Of a stretch of DNA of 64,000 nucleotides, positions 37,091 through 51,330 are shown in pieces; position 1 is the stretch's first letter, and the number at the start of each line of letters is the position of its first letter. The DNA is from Vicugna vicugna (taxonomy: Eukaryota), in assembly GCA_013265495.1 (NCBI GenBank), contig MU058423.1, forward strand, positions 6,867,449-6,931,448, written 5' to 3'. The translations under genes were made by a program, and so were the position numbers. Below the pieces are notes generated by a model that saw only the letters and a program-made list of their open reading frames with translations, had not been told where the DNA came from and ran no database searches.

Positions 37091-37159
37091 CCTTTAAGAG
37101 AGGCAGGTTATAACTAATTGCATGGCTCGGTCTGCTTGGGAGTTAGCCTTACCGTATTT

Positions 37160-37372
37160 ATTTATTTGATAAATACTTTTCATATAGTGCTTAACGTGCA
37201 CCTGGCCATACTCCAAACATTAATACATTTAATCTTCATAATAACCCTATGAGGATTAAAAAATAGGCAGACTGAGGCACAGAGGGTTTAAGTGACTTGC
37301 TCAAAGTCCTACAGATAGTGCTTTGACTGGCATTCTGGCCTGGAGTCTATGAGCTTTAAAATAATGCTGCCT
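37160..37372 (-). mobile_element. MIR SINE
   Basis: catttaatcttcataataaccctatgagg...actgaggcacagagggtttaagtgacttgctcaaagtc. Confidence 0.85.
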
Positions 37373-37504
37373 TTGGCATTGTTGCACACTAACACAAACA
37401 TGCACTGGCTGGGAAGTTTCCCTAACCAACTATATTCTACTACATCCCAGACCAGCTCTAAGAATCTATGTCTTCCCACATGTCCTATATGTGGACTTGC
37501 TCTA

Positions 37505-38004
37505 AAGGAGCTTTGAATCATGGACCACCAAGGAGTCACTGGATACAATTCAGGGAGTACATGAATTTGATGATAAGAAAGGACATCTAACTAACTCAAA
37601 ACATAAATTTAGCATTTCCATGAAAAATTAATGTAGTTGCAAATCATAGTGGTTATTAGCAGTACCGTGACTTTGACACCACTGGAAAACATGGACAGTT
37701 TCTGTCACATTACAGTTTTTCAGATTTCCTTAAATATTGTTTGGAGTTATCCTTATATATAATTATGGAGTTATTAGACCACCTACTAAATCTAATGTAT
37801 TAATACATTATCCATTAATAAACACAACTTATATTGATTAATTATTAAAAATATTTTGATAGCTCTATTTCAGACTAAGTTCGTGTCTGTATTAATTCAT
37901 TTATTTTATTTTACGTTTGTAAAGCCATTATTCTAAAAGGGGGTCCACAAGCTTCACTAGAAAAGCCAAAGGGCTCCAAGGCACAAATAAACTGGAAACC
38001 TCTG
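37505..38004 (+). mobile_element. Charlie4a-like hAT DNA transposon
   Basis: catggacc...aattcaggg...tattagcagtaccgtgactttg...ggggtccacaagcttcactag...gccaaagggctccaaggcacaa...aaacctctg. Confidence 0.8.
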
Positions 38005-38089
38005 CTCCAACCCCCTCTGTATACATCTTCTCTGTCCTTTTTACCCAGTAGAATTGCACCTATAATGATGACATTCAGATATGTTTCTG

Positions 38090-38525
38090 GAATTCTACCC
38101 TTTCCTAAAGCCAGAATCATAAGTTCAGCATTCTACCAGACTTTACCTGATTACGCTACCAATATCTCAAACTCAAATAAGAGAATCCTTCATCTACCCT
38201 CACTAATCTTCTTCTCTTTCGAGTGCCTATTTCGAGTGTTCTCTTTCACAGAATCTGACCAGAATCTACGTACTTCCTGCTGTTTAGACTAAAAACCTTG
38301 CAAGCACTCTTGATTCTTTACTGTTCATTTTCAATTTCAATTAAGTTTTGTTGTTTTTTCTTCCATTGTCTTCCCAATATTTTATGTGTTTGTTCCTTTG
38401 TTTTGATTTCGGTTATTCCTACCCTCATGTTGTTTCATTTGAACAATGGTAATCATCTCTCCCTGCTTTCTATTTTCCTCTTCAATTCTGGTCACACCAG
38501 TTTCAAGACAGTACATAGAGTCTCA
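38090..38525 (+). mobile_element. L2 fragment
   Basis: actaaaaaccttgcaagcactcttgattctt...caatggtaatcatctctcc. Confidence 0.55.
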
Positions 38526-39361
38526 TAGAAATAAAGGCTATCTGTACATCTCTTTATAGACATATATTTTTTCTTTTAAAAAATTGCAAGGTAAGACTTA
38601 AAAATGCATTCATGTATTAAAAGAAAATAAAAATCTGTACAATCCTACCTTCAGAGATATTTTAATCAAGTATTTTAAAGGAATTAATATGTATGTTTAT
38701 TTATATTATATTTATAATTGCCTACAATTTTTAGTAAAGGCACTATATATTGAATGGCTTCTTGGGTCATTAACTTAGTGTTTAACTACAAAAGAATATA
38801 TAATAATGCATAATCATTACTCTATTTTTTTCATTTAGCTTCCAGTTAGTACTATTACAAATAGTCATGTTTGGACATTATTTAAAATTGTCTTCGCATG
38901 ATCCCTGCCTGTGGAAATTCAGCTCAAATGTCACTGTCTCTCTTCTCTTGCTCCCCTCCACACACCCCAACTACATATTAAACCTTTTAAAACTATGTCA
39001 TGCCTTATTTGGGTTAGTGTCTCCATGCATAGTGAGTGGCACAAGGAACATTAAGTTTCTGGAGCAAAGGTCAGAAATGTGTCAGGATCCACTGGACATC
39101 TTATTTTTTGAATTCTCACACACAGTAAATGACGTTAGTAAGAAATACCTGAGAAAAAGTTGAAAGGCAAAGCTGGTGTTCTCAGTTGAAGTAGTTACAT
39201 GATGCACTCAAAGTTAATATATTTATGATGCCATAGCAGAAAAAAAAAAGAAAACTTTAAAGTAGCCTCAACCTAGTGAGAATAACAAGGTTACATAAGA
39301 GAAATGACAAAATTTGTTTCTTGTTGCCATCATCCAAGATGTTTGATATTTATAACACATG

Positions 39362-39401
39362 CATACACACACACACACACACGCATACACACACACACAC
39401 A
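39362..39401. repeat. Interrupted (CA)n microsatellite
   Basis: catacacacacacacacacacgcatacacacacacacaca. Confidence 0.95.
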
Positions 39402-42400
39402 GAGAAATTATTAAATAACTTTGCAGAGAATTTCTTGAAAAGGTATTAATCTGGTAGTAATTCTTTCCCTGCTAAACAATCAAGAACATTAAATTCTTAC
39501 CTAAAGCTCCAGAAAGAGAGCAAGGAAGACAAATGCTGGGGAGATGTAAAAACACGGGATGTTTAGGAAGAACAGAGAACAATAATATCAGCATTCTGCA
39601 GAGAGTGCAAATGAGAAGTAAGAGAATCTCTTCTGGTTTTTGTATTTCCAACATCTGTATAGTTATAAGTTCACAGAATAATCAAAGAGTTTATTCTTTA
39701 AAAATCTGAAAAAGACTTGCTTAAATACCTTTCAACTGCAGTCAAAGAAACTGAGAATTACATTTAACTGTTCAATTGTATAGAGTTTATTTCATAATTC
39801 ACTTTCTTTCTAGAGAAATCCAAAGCAAAGAATCCTTTTAGATGTTCTTATAGATAGGAGCATCAGAAATCATTTAAAGTTCTGGTATTCATTCAGTGTA
39901 AGTAGAAATGATAAGCAGTACCAAATGCTGCTTTATTAAAGTTTATCTCTGTTTGGGTGTGTTGCACATTTACAGTTGTATTAGGAAGTGTATTCCACCA
40001 TGTTTTTAATGCTAATTTCTGCTGACACCCCTCTGCATAAATATGGATGAGAATAATGCCACTTAAATATAATATCCCTTGATATCTTCACTCCCTGTAA
40101 ATGATCATATTTAGTTTTAAAAGCCTCTGAAATTATTGCATTATGATTTAATAAAACATGACTGGATTGAAAAGAAATAAATAGTTGAACATGGCCAGAT
40201 ATTTCCTTGAAAGTGCTAAGGCCTGAATGAGAAAATCTCAACTTCAAAGACAATTAGTAGATGCTAGATTAAAGAAGGAATGTAGGCTTGGATTGAAATC
40301 TTTGAGGTTCTGAGGAGAGAGAATTCAGAAGACATATGAAACACGCAGTGTGTAAGGGTAATGGGGGAAGGGCAAAGTGACAGCACTGCACTGCAAGTGG
40401 AGTATAATTGAGACAAAACATCAGAGAGAAATGCTCAGCAAGTCCAATTCCTAAAAGACAGCTGTGCCTTTCCTAAGACTCTGGTAAAACATTTAGTTTG
40501 TACCAGCTAATAAAAGAGATTTTCACTGTACAGTTTCTAGTATATGTCTTGGTTTTTTGGTGTTTTGTTGTTGTTTGTTTTGTTTTAGTTTTTTGTTCAT
40601 TGCATTGCTGTACCAACAGACGGGCCTCTCATAACAGCGTGTATCAGTAGTCTTCATTGATTCACACTGATTACTATTTGTATCCAGGATGATGTATTAA
40701 TTTAAATAATTCTCAGTGTATCAGTAAAGCCAGTTATTATACAAACAGTATAGAATTTTCTATGATATGTAACATACATATACATGTGTATATAGCAGGA
40801 CCTCTCTTGGGCCTATGAAGTGCAAGAGAAACTCACAAAATCATGGTCACTTTAGGTATACTTAGTGGAGACACAGAACCTATCAATCAGGCACATCACT
40901 TCCTCCCTCACATACCTTCAACCTCAGGAGACACCTGCCAATGCCACCTTCCTGATGAAGGTGATGGGGAGAAAGGGTGTTAACATTCTTGAAAACGCCA
41001 GAAGACCATCTTCGTTTTTCTCCATATAAAATGATGTTTTCTACAAGGTTTTGCTGACTGAGAATGATTTTTAAATGATTGGTATAATCAATAAACTATA
41101 CCAACAACCAGTAGAGACATAAAGGCCAAATTCTAATATTGATAGATAATTATTTATAAATCTAATTTAATATTTGTATGATTTTCTAAGAATATATATT
41201 AACCTCTTTCATTAATGTTAAAATCTGTTTCATCGAATCTGCTAAAAACTATATTAAAAATTCTTAGAATTCTTACCATGAGAAATGTTAGCATGTTTTA
41301 TCTATCTTGTGTTTGTTTAACACAAAGCCTAATATCTCTAAAATAATTTTGTTTGCTTTGAATCGGTTACAGGGACAGACTTAGACAAAATCTGCTTCAA
41401 TAAAACTTGCATTTAAACCTTGATAAACAGCACACTGATTTCTCAAGAGTTTAATATTTGAGATGGGCAATGTTAATTGTATGTATAATGAAATAGGATA
41501 ATAAATGAAAAGGTTAATGTTTTAGTAATATCTATTCAGAACTCCCAGAGTAGCAAACATTATGCTGGGTACAACTAGTTAGAGCTTATTAGCTTTAGTT
41601 TATTCTTCATGGGTCCTTTTGTTAAAAAAATTACAAATATATAAACTGTGGAAGAAAAAGGAGACACAGTGAGACAAATATAACTGGTTTCTGACTAGAT
41701 GGAATTTCTCCTTGACCTGAGAGATACAGACAGGAAAGAAGTCATGTAGAGAATGTGAAAAGGGAAGATTGAGATCATGAAAGAAAAACTTTCAATTCAC
41801 TATTTTGCTTGGATCCAGACTTAAAGAACCTTCATGCTGAAATCCTTCAGTGTGTGTTGGGGAGAGTATAGCCTTTGCTGTATCTTTTCTGGTGACAGAA
41901 ATTCAAAAAGTTCTGAACTGCTGGTCTAATGTTCACCCCAATTCAAACTAAAATTAGGAAACAGAAATACCTAACAATAGATATTATAGCATTTTGTTAT
42001 TCTTATGAATGATTTTCCAAAAACCCAAGTTTTCATTTCAGCTAAGCAAAACCAATGATTCCAATCTGATTCTCTGTTTAGTCTACTGCTCATCTTTGGG
42101 GCAAGCATTTCATGAATATATACCCATTACTAGCTGAAAAACTATTGTATGCCAGACAGTTTAGAAACTGCATAAAAATATGATGGAACTCATCTCTAGT
42201 TACTGTAATTAACATAACAATAACACAAAAAGAAATAAAATTTTGCTATAATACTTACAAAAAGAAAATTAATGGTTACAAATCACCCATTTTCTACCTT
42301 CTGTATTTGCCATTCTCCTTTCAAAGAATCAGGAATAAAAATATGCCACCATCATCTTGACTCACCTGGCCTTCAGTACAATTGCCACAGTGAATCTGTG

Positions 42401-43179
42401 CCAAAACTATCAACCTCTCTGATACTATAATATTGAGCGCAGAGCACAGAGGGTTTGTCCACATCGGTGGCAAGTTCACCACCCTAAGTCTGTAGCAAGA
42501 TCATGTCTAGGTCTTCACCAGCAAAATGGGAGTGTGAGGGAAGTTTTTCTCAGGTTCTGCTTATGAGAACCCATCTGTTCTCATCACTCCTTTCAAGCCC
42601 ACCCACAAGAGTGCAGATTCTCCAAAATGGCCTCTTGATTTCCAAAGTCACCCCTACTCTTTAGTAATCTATCCAGGCCCACCTTTCCTAATGTAACTAT
42701 CCTACAAAACTCACTGATTCCCACACCACAGAACATCCATTTTTGCTTTTTTATATGTAACAGGAAGATTAACTAAAATTAATGTAGATTTCACTTTCTA
42801 ATCTGGCTTTTAATACTCTTCCTTTAACCTTCCATCTGGCCTTTGTTCTCTACCTGTTTCCCTGTCATTAATGGATAATCATGGATATTGTCAATGGTAT
42901 TTTTATTGTTTTTAATAATTTAGAGTTTAGAGTTGTTGTACTTGGGCCATCAAAAATTATAACTGACATTAATAATTTAATAGCTTGATAACTTAACAGA
43001 TTTTGAGCACTGACTGTATTTCAGGTCATACAGGTAGTAAATGTTATAAACCCAGACCATGTGGCTCCAGAGTTCTGCTTTAATTCTACCAAATTTGAAA
43101 ACTGCTCATCATGAATAAACTCTGTTTTGTTTCCAATTTCCCATCCTGCTATATTGTAAATGATGAGATGCCTTCAATA

Positions 43180-43375
43180 ATCTCATAATATACTCTCTTC
43201 CCTGAAGCCGTCTTTCCTTTCCGCTCTACTTCCAGTAATGACAACACCACTCACTCGTTCACTCAGCCAAGGGAAGCAAATGTGTTTCAGTTCAACACTG
43301 TTCCTGTTCAGCGTAAAACAGTCACTGACAACTTCATAGTCATCTTTAACTTCTTCTCCCGTCCTCCCACTTGCA
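43180..43375 (+). mobile_element. L2 fragment
   Basis: ccagtaatgacaacaccactcactcgttcactcagccaa. Confidence 0.5.
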
Positions 43376-43425
43376 CGTTTTATCAATTCTTGTTTGGAAG
43401 TCATGAAAGTCAAAAATTAATCAGA

Positions 43426-44077
43426 TGGTTATAATCTAACAATGGAAAATAACAAGTGTTGATAAGGATATGGAGAAATGGAATCCTCATGTATTGTTGG
43501 TCAGAATATAACATGGTACAGCCCCTTTAGAAAAAAGAAATTGGCAGTTCTTTGAAAAATCAAATGTAGAGTTTGCATATAACCCAGGACTTCTACTCCT
43601 AGCTATGTATCCAACACAACTGAAACATATGCCCAAACAAAAACTTGTACATGGGTATTCATAGGAGCATTGTTCATTAATAGCCCCAAAGTAGAAACAA
43701 CCCAAATACCCACCAACTAATGAATGGATAAACAAATGCTGTGTCTCCACACAATATACTACTACTCAGCCATACAAAGGAAAGAAGTAATGATGCATTA
43801 TACCAAGTGAAAGAAGCCAGACACAGAAGTCTGCATAATATATGATTCTATTTGCATGACATATTCAGAATAGGCAAATTCATAGAGACAGAAGTAGATT
43901 AGTGGTTGCCAGAAGTTAGGGGTGGGGGAGATGGGGAATGACAGCTCATGGGTATGAGGTTTCTTTTTAGTGATGACAATATTCTGAAATTAAATAATGG
44001 TGATGGTTGTACAATCTTCTGAATATATTAAAACCACTAAATTGTACACTTTAAAATGGTAAATTTTATGGCATGTG
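43426..44077 (+). mobile_element. L1MB-like 3' fragment lacking the poly(A) end
   Basis: aataacaagtgttgataaggatatggagaaatggaa...gaaagaagccagacaca...ttgtacactttaaaatggtaaattttatggcatgtg; 14-bp near-perfect flanking direct repeat. Confidence 0.9.
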
Positions 44078-44929
44078 AAAAATTAACCAGAGGAAATATA
44101 TGACAAAATGAAATTTTACTTTTTCTTTGTGATTTTCAATAGACTAATGTAACATTTATTTAAATTATTGAGGGAAATAACTCATTATGTCTTTAAAAAC
44201 TGCTTTTGCTAAGTAATCCAATATTATTTGATTTAGGTATCACCATCTATGTACTAATTAGCTTTAAAATAGTTTTATAAATTATTCTATTTAGTCTATT
44301 GACTGATAATTGGCATTAATGTAAAAAGCAACTGTTAAAAATGGACTAATTGAAATCTCAGAAACATGATGATAAAGTCAACATATAGTCTATAAAGCTA
44401 CATTTAGATAAAATGTATTAATTTTTCAATTAGTTACCATTTTCACGTAGTAAATATCTAAAGGATAACTTTTTTTATTATACTATAATTATGCTAACTT
44501 TGGAGAAAATTCACAGTCATTAATTATCTCTGCCATTATCTCGTCTTACTTGCAGTAAAAGAATGAAGTCATTTTATAAAATTATGTTGATTTTTGTAAT
44601 GGCCTTGGAAAACCATAGGTTTTGTTTCCAAAAACTTAGCCAAAATGTCTAAGAAGTATAAGCTTGCTGCTGAGTAATCATTAAAAAAAAAAAGCTCAGC
44701 TACTGAGAAATTAAAGGATCACCTGATTTAGAGAGGTATCTTTAAAGTTCTTTGGTGTTTATTATTTCATTATTTATTTAAATAATTACAAAACTTAGTA
44801 TGATGCCAAACAGATTTAATGGGCGGGTAAAGTGGATATTTTAAGTTTAATGTAAGGATCCTATTAACAAAAATCTGAAGAACAGTATTAAATGGTGTGA
44901 CTTTGCTTTAGTTTTTACACGTGGGCTTT

Positions 44930-45300
44930 TTCCTAGGCCTAACAGCTAACTTTTGTGGTTCCAGAAATATCCTGCCAAGTCTCATGGTATAGGCAGAAAC
45001 AAAGGCTAGTCAGAGAAGAAAGCTTTCTTTTGGGTTTTCATACGGTGCTTACTTTGTGCCTAGCCAAGGTAAGCAGAAACGTGTTTCAGTTCAACTCAGT
45101 GTGTTCAGCCTAAACTGGCTGTGCCGCTCTGGCCCCTGTATTTGTGGTCGGCCGGCTCCCCAGCTGCAGCCGGGCCTACTCTCCTAGCTAATAATAGGAG
45201 TCAGGTCAACTCTAAATTTTGCTGCATGTAATAGAATCAGCTTTGGCTTACTCAGGGAATTATTTTTAAATAATTTCCCTTTCAAACCAGCTGTAATGAG
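44930..45300. promoter_or_regulatory. Putative enhancer (MEF2, RUNX, E-box cluster with local CpG retention)
   Basis: CTAATAATAG 45188-45197, TTATTTTTAA 45260-45269, CAGCTG 45161 and 45288, TGTGGT 44954 and 45143, AGGTCA 45203; CpG cluster 45120-45175. Confidence 0.4.
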
Positions 45301-46139
45301 GCTTTAGTGTCAACTAACATTGAAGGTGTACGCCCTGGAGATGTCTGTATTCAGGGTTCTTCCCTAGACCACAGTGAAGGCATTGATAAGAGGGGCACTT
45401 CAGAGCTGCTTTGTCTTCTTAGAGGGAAAGGCAGGAAAATTCAAGGATGCCAAATATATATATAAACAAACAGATCTGTTGAAGCTAAATCTGTGCTGCT
45501 CTCTTCCTAAAAAAAAAGTTTCCCTTTCTGAAAAAAAATATAAATATATTTTAAAAATAAATGCGTATACATGTATATACATGTTCCACTTCTCTTCATT
45601 CACCTATCTGTACAGCAAATCACTCACCCAGTTCCTAATCAACAAGGTAATCTTTACGGGACATCAGTAGAAAGTCCTTAGCAGAAAGTACTATCAGTCC
45701 TGAATGACCGTCTGGCCCCCATTTTCTGTGAGACTGGTGCAACAGCCTTTTTTAAAAATAAGTAATGGGGAATGCATGTGACCATCTCAATGACAAAATT
45801 TCAGGCATGAGATCCTCTTTCCAAAGAAATTCAGTCTTTCCAGACATTGAAGTGTTTCAAAGCTGGGGAGAAATCGTGGTTGTCTCTTCTGGTAACTGCA
45901 GGGAGGGAGCGAGGAAGCTTTTACCAGCTGCCTGGTGCCTTGGCGCCTGTGACTGTTCCTTGCTTGAGTCTAAATCTAATAGTTCTAAGGCAAGAGAGTC
46001 ACTTTTTTGTGTCTGTTCTAAGCTTTGGTAAAATGTTTATGGAAATAAGAAAATCAACAGGGAAGACTACAGACAGTAACTAAGTTTTGTCTCTTTCAAA
46101 TAATATTTATTTGAAACAATGATATCAGATCCTATCTGG

Positions 46140-46310
46140 TAGAGAAAAGAGAACTGAGCTTGAAGTTTAAAAATAATTTTTTCAGTCTCAGTCACGCTGT
46201 TTACAATTGAGTTATGTGGTCACTTCTCTGAGATTCAGAGTCTTCATATAAAATAGGAACAATAATATGTAACTTGATATGAATAATAAATAGGATAATT
46301 GGATTAAATA
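46140..46310 (+). mobile_element. MIR fragment
   Basis: gtcacttctctgagattcagagtcttcatataaaataggaacaataat. Confidence 0.5.
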
Positions 46311-48584
46311 ATTTAAAATTTTATCTAAATAAAAGTGTATCAATATCCTTTGATCCTCTTCCCTGCCTTAAATCTTCCAGACTCATTTCCTTCTACATGT
46401 TTATCTTGTAAAACTTTTTCCACAAATAGTGAAAGATGAAACCCAAATTCCATGCACAGTTATAGTAACTGCATGAACTATAAATTTTGGACTTTACTGG
46501 TCTCTTTTTAAAAAATGAACTTTTAACATTTTTTACATGTGAATCTTATTATATGTTTCCTTTTAACTCTATGTAAGTTATTGAGGTCTGAATTAAAGCA
46601 ATGCTATTCAGAATAATTTAAGTTAATGTCAGAAGGATGTTAATATATGGTACCATTTTTAAAGTTTCTGATGGCTTAGAATTTTATAATTCTTGATAGC
46701 TTGGAATTATTTTAGTTTGTTTTATAAAATAATGATTTCTTCATGTTATGATTTTTGTTGAAATTTCTAAAACTAGCCTAGTGTCTTTCACTGAGCAAGT
46801 GTTAAACAAAATTTATTAAATGAATATTGATTTTTTTCATACTCAGCTTGTTCCAAAATATATAAAGCATTTTATAGAAAGACACAAAATATATAAGAAC
46901 TGTTTAAACTATAATGGTCTAGTGAGAAAGAAGAAGAAACATTGAAATAATAAACGAATAAATGAATTACAGTGAATTTACAATTGTCTTGAAAGCTTTA
47001 GGGATTTGTTTAACATGAGAATTACATTTCAACCTATTAAGACATGTTAAAACACAACATAAGGCACTCAATTGCTATGCAAGCTTCAGCTACACAAGTG
47101 ACAGTCAATTGCTATGGAAGCCTCATTAACACTGGGTAACTTACTGATAGTAAGGCAGAGGCCAAATCCAAATCAAATTTGAAGAAGTTCCTGTCTTTCC
47201 CAGAGCAATCTGAAATTATTTCATTAACTATCTACAGAAGCAAATAAAGTGGAGCAAGTCTCTAATTTAAACTGTATAGATCAACAATTTGATCCTCAGA
47301 GTTTTCTTGCCTGCTTTTATGTGGAACTTTACTGTCTTACTTATAGAGTTTAATAGCAAGAAAATAAAATCATTTTAACTTTTCTGTTACATTCTTCATC
47401 TGGCAAGGACTGCAGATGCTTTATCTGGGAGCTGAGTATATCATTAATATAAATTATGTTTAGGCCTATGTTTACATATTTATTACATATATAGAATGTC
47501 AAATGTCAGTCCAAAATTATTTAATGATCACCCTGAGTATTCCAGGACTCTTCTAGGTGCTCTGAGGGGTACAGCAATGAATGACTATTACACTTCCCTG
47601 AAGAATTATTTGCAAAGAAAAAATTAAATATTACATAGTAGAATACTTTTGTTCGTGTACCATCTTTTTCATAACTAACTTAATTTCTCACCATAGTCAG
47701 CTATAGAATATGTACGTTGTTTATTGCTTGATTGTTTTCTCTCATATCAGTTGAGACTTTGTTAGTGTTTCTCATATTTTTAACATCCTGAGAGTCTAGC
47801 TCCATCATTTCAAGTTCAAACTCTTAAGGTCAGTCTCCATTTTGCTAAACTACTATTGTGCTGACATGTCTGAATCCTTTCTAGACTGTTTCGTGGTTAT
47901 AAAAATATAGTGACTACACAGTGTGCTTTGGTATTTTTCGTGTGTATGTGGTGGTCCATGTCAGTTTAGAAAAACAAACTTTCTATGTCATTATATTATT
48001 TTGAGATGTCATACAATCATTCCATATTTTTATTCCATGACAACATAATTATAGGATTTCTTAATATAAACTTTATTTTAATTTAAATAAATGACATTAC
48101 TTATCATAAAGAAAAACTGAAAATAGGTAGGTGAGATATAATTTAAAATATAATTAGAGTATAATTTGAAATATTTTATAATAAAAATATTTAGAAGCCA
48201 TTTAAAAGATATTTACAATATTCAAATATTTATTAAAACTTTTTAAATGTGGGAATTACCAATAATATAAATATCAGTGTAAAAAGCAGGACATGTAACT
48301 AAAAGTAGTTGTATAACAGGATAAAATGAACCAAAATATGAATGATGTATATTATGTATAATTTTGCCCTCACCCTTCTTGATATTTTCTGAATTTTCTA
48401 TAAGCATAGATTAATATTAATGCATTAATCAAAATTATTTGCATAATAAATAATAATTCAAAGATAAAACTATTTAAAATAGATACTTTTATAATTAATG
48501 GCACTTTTAAATAGGAAAGGGTCCTTTTTAGAAGCCAATCTATACCTACTAATTTTGACTTTAAATATCAGTTAATCTCATATA

Positions 48585-49170
48585 AATACTCACTTATTCA
48601 ACAGATATTTATTAAGTTCCTACAATGTGAGAGGCACTATTCTAGGTATTAAAGATACACCAGTAAGCAAAACAAATTAAAAATATCTGCCCTCATAGAA
48701 CCTATGTTTTAGAAAGAAAAAGGAACAAAAAACAACTTTAAAATATGTAATGCTGTGGAAAAAAGAGTGATAGAGATGACTAGCGTGAAGGAAAATCTTG
48801 AAAATTTAACTAGGATACTCAGGGAAAGACTCGACCAAAAGGTAACAAAGGTCTAGGACTCAAAGTAAATGAGAGTGCAGGCTGTGCAGATGTATGGAGG
48901 AAGTTTTCCAAGAGGGAACAATAACACAAATCCTGCAGCTGGACCACTTCTAGTGTGTTGACCAGCATATTGGTCAATTGTGGCTAGAACAGAAGTGACA
49001 GAAGCAGATGAAGTAAGAGATGTAACAAGAAACAGATAAATTAGGGCGAGATGTACTTGAATTTTCACCATTAATTATAAGTGGGGTCATTGGAAGGTTT
49101 AGACAAGTGATATGATCCGGCTGACTTGTAAAAAAATCACCCTAGCTGTTCCATTGAAGATAGACTGAAC
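48585..49170 (-). mobile_element. L2 LINE (L2a-like)
   Basis: cacttattcaacagatatttattaagttcctacaatgtg...tctgccctcatagaac...gtcattggaaggtttag...aaaatcaccctagctg. Confidence 0.85.
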
Positions 49171-50679
49171 TTTAACAGACTTCACAGACAATAAAGGAAA
49201 CTGGAGATAGCATATCTGACTGAATGCCCATAGTGCTCAGCAACATGTCTCCATTCTGGTAGTTCAAGATCGTCAGCATCTCCCAGCACTGTGTGATCTC
49301 TTGGATCATCTCTCAATTCGTAGTCCCATGTCAGGTCTCTGCTAAGCACAGTCCTCACCCTAAGCATAGGCAAACCTGCCCTGGATCACACATCCATGAT
49401 GAATCCCAGTGCAGACTTCTGGGGCCATTGTTCCACTGACTTCTTTTCTCTCTGATACTTTGCTCTGAAAATCAGTCCAAAATGACACATCTAATCTGTG
49501 ACAGAGTTTTCCTAAAATGAGGGTTAATGGTCCTTTTTTACTTTATCATTGGCTTACTACTTCTGCTTCTGGCATCTGTGAGATTAGTATATAATTCAGT
49601 GTATAAATAGAAAATGATTCATACTTCCAAATTTGTAAGACATTTTTAGTAATGAATTCATAAAAGATGCTATTATAGTTATTTCTGGTTATCAAGAAGA
49701 AAGTTGGCACAGGATAACCTACTACTCCTTCTATAGAGTCTTCACTAATATCATTGCTATGAATATGGTTTTCATCTTTTATTTACTGCTTTTGTTACTA
49801 AAATAGTCATAATTTCTATATAATTTTCATTATTATAAAAAGATGATCAATCAATGAAATCTACACCCTACAGTAGGTTTTAAGTATATTGATCCTATAA
49901 TAACTTTGAAAACCTTATTAATTTTATAGACACTTTTATTTCATTGAAATGACATTAAAAATGACAGTAAGTAATTTGACAAATAGCTAATTTTTGAGAC
50001 TAAAAGTCAGTATTTGCTTTTTGATTTTTATTAATAGTTTATACTATCAAAAACAACCATATAGTAAAATTGTTGACACAGTACAGTTCAATTGGAGTCA
50101 GAGCTCATCAGTTATATCAAATTATGAAAGATATGAAAGTCTGGATCTAGGTTAGTTTTGGCAAATAATAGTTATTCATTTAAGAACAATCAAAGTAAAC
50201 AGAAAATATTTTATTGTACATTTTTATCTTCTTCGTGCTGCTCTATAACCATATCTGGGGATAATAAAGAGTTATAATACACCCATATACAATTTTAAAT
50301 AGTATATCATACTATTTTATATGGGCAACATTTTAAATTAATAAGTTGTTTTATAACATTTTATTGCATTCTTCTCTTTACTCTGACCCTAAATTTCTGT
50401 AAAATATTTTGATAATAATATTTTATTAATATGTATGAAATTAATATTTGAAAACACTAATAGATTCCTATTAAGATTGAACTTAAAATTGTTTAAATGT
50501 AATCTGTCCTCTACAACAAGCCTGCTAACATAAATAGGTTGAAGTTTGGGAGTATTATGACCCATACATAGCTGAATTCAGGTCAATTTCATTCTATTTA
50601 CTATCCATAGAGCAATCATTAATTCACCCCTAACTCTATTCAACAATCTTGAAGAGACTTATTTTTTTCCAAAAAAGTA

Positions 50680-50800
50680 CCTATACATTAAGCACCTTCT
50701 CTATGTCAAGTACTGTTCCAGATATCGGTGGTACATGAGTGAAAAGACCCAAATCTCTGCCCTCGTTGAGGTTCTGTTCCATCTGGAAGTAAAGACAACA
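50680..50800 (-). mobile_element. L2 3' fragment
   Basis: attaagcaccttctctatgtcaagtactgttccagat...tctctgccctcgttgag. Confidence 0.7.
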
Positions 50801-51169
50801 GATTTTTTTTTCATTATATATGGGTTATTTTTGCTCAAAAATATTCTCCAGAACTCAATTTAAATTTTATTTTTCCAATTTTGTTTTCTAATGTCTCAAA
50901 ATGTAATTTCCTAACAGTTTCCTTGAATATTTTTCTATAAAATTAATGTTCTCAATGTCATAGTTTTCTCTCCTAATATTTGAACTAACAGACTAATTTT
51001 TTTTCTTTTCCTTTTCTCAGTCTGAAGAAAATAATTATTTTTTACCTTCATGTTTACTACTCTTTTAAAACTCTAAGAGATTAATTATACCCATTCCCCC
51101 ACAGCATTTGTTGGAGCCCATTCTGGTTTTTAATCTTGCCTTATAAATCCATCAACCTCAAGTGGTTAA

Positions 51170-51330
51170 TCATTTTTATTACTTTTTCTTTGAACTCTAT
51201 CCAGTTTTTCTACATACTTCTAATAATAATGACCTTAGAAATGAGTCCCATAATCCAGGTGTGAGCTCAGCATAGTCTTGCAGACAGAACCTGTCATTTC
51301 CATACTTTATGACATAAATTTTCAGCCAAA
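51170..51330 (-). mobile_element. CR1/L3 LINE fragment
   Basis: tgaactctatccagttt...ccataatccaggtgtgagctcag resembles the antisense L3/CR1 3' region. Confidence 0.5.

Noticed and set aside
49182..49373. 63-aa minus-strand ORF with protein-like composition
   Set aside because: Short, no recognisable family, and no supporting splice or poly(A) structure; would need a BLAST hit to be taken further.
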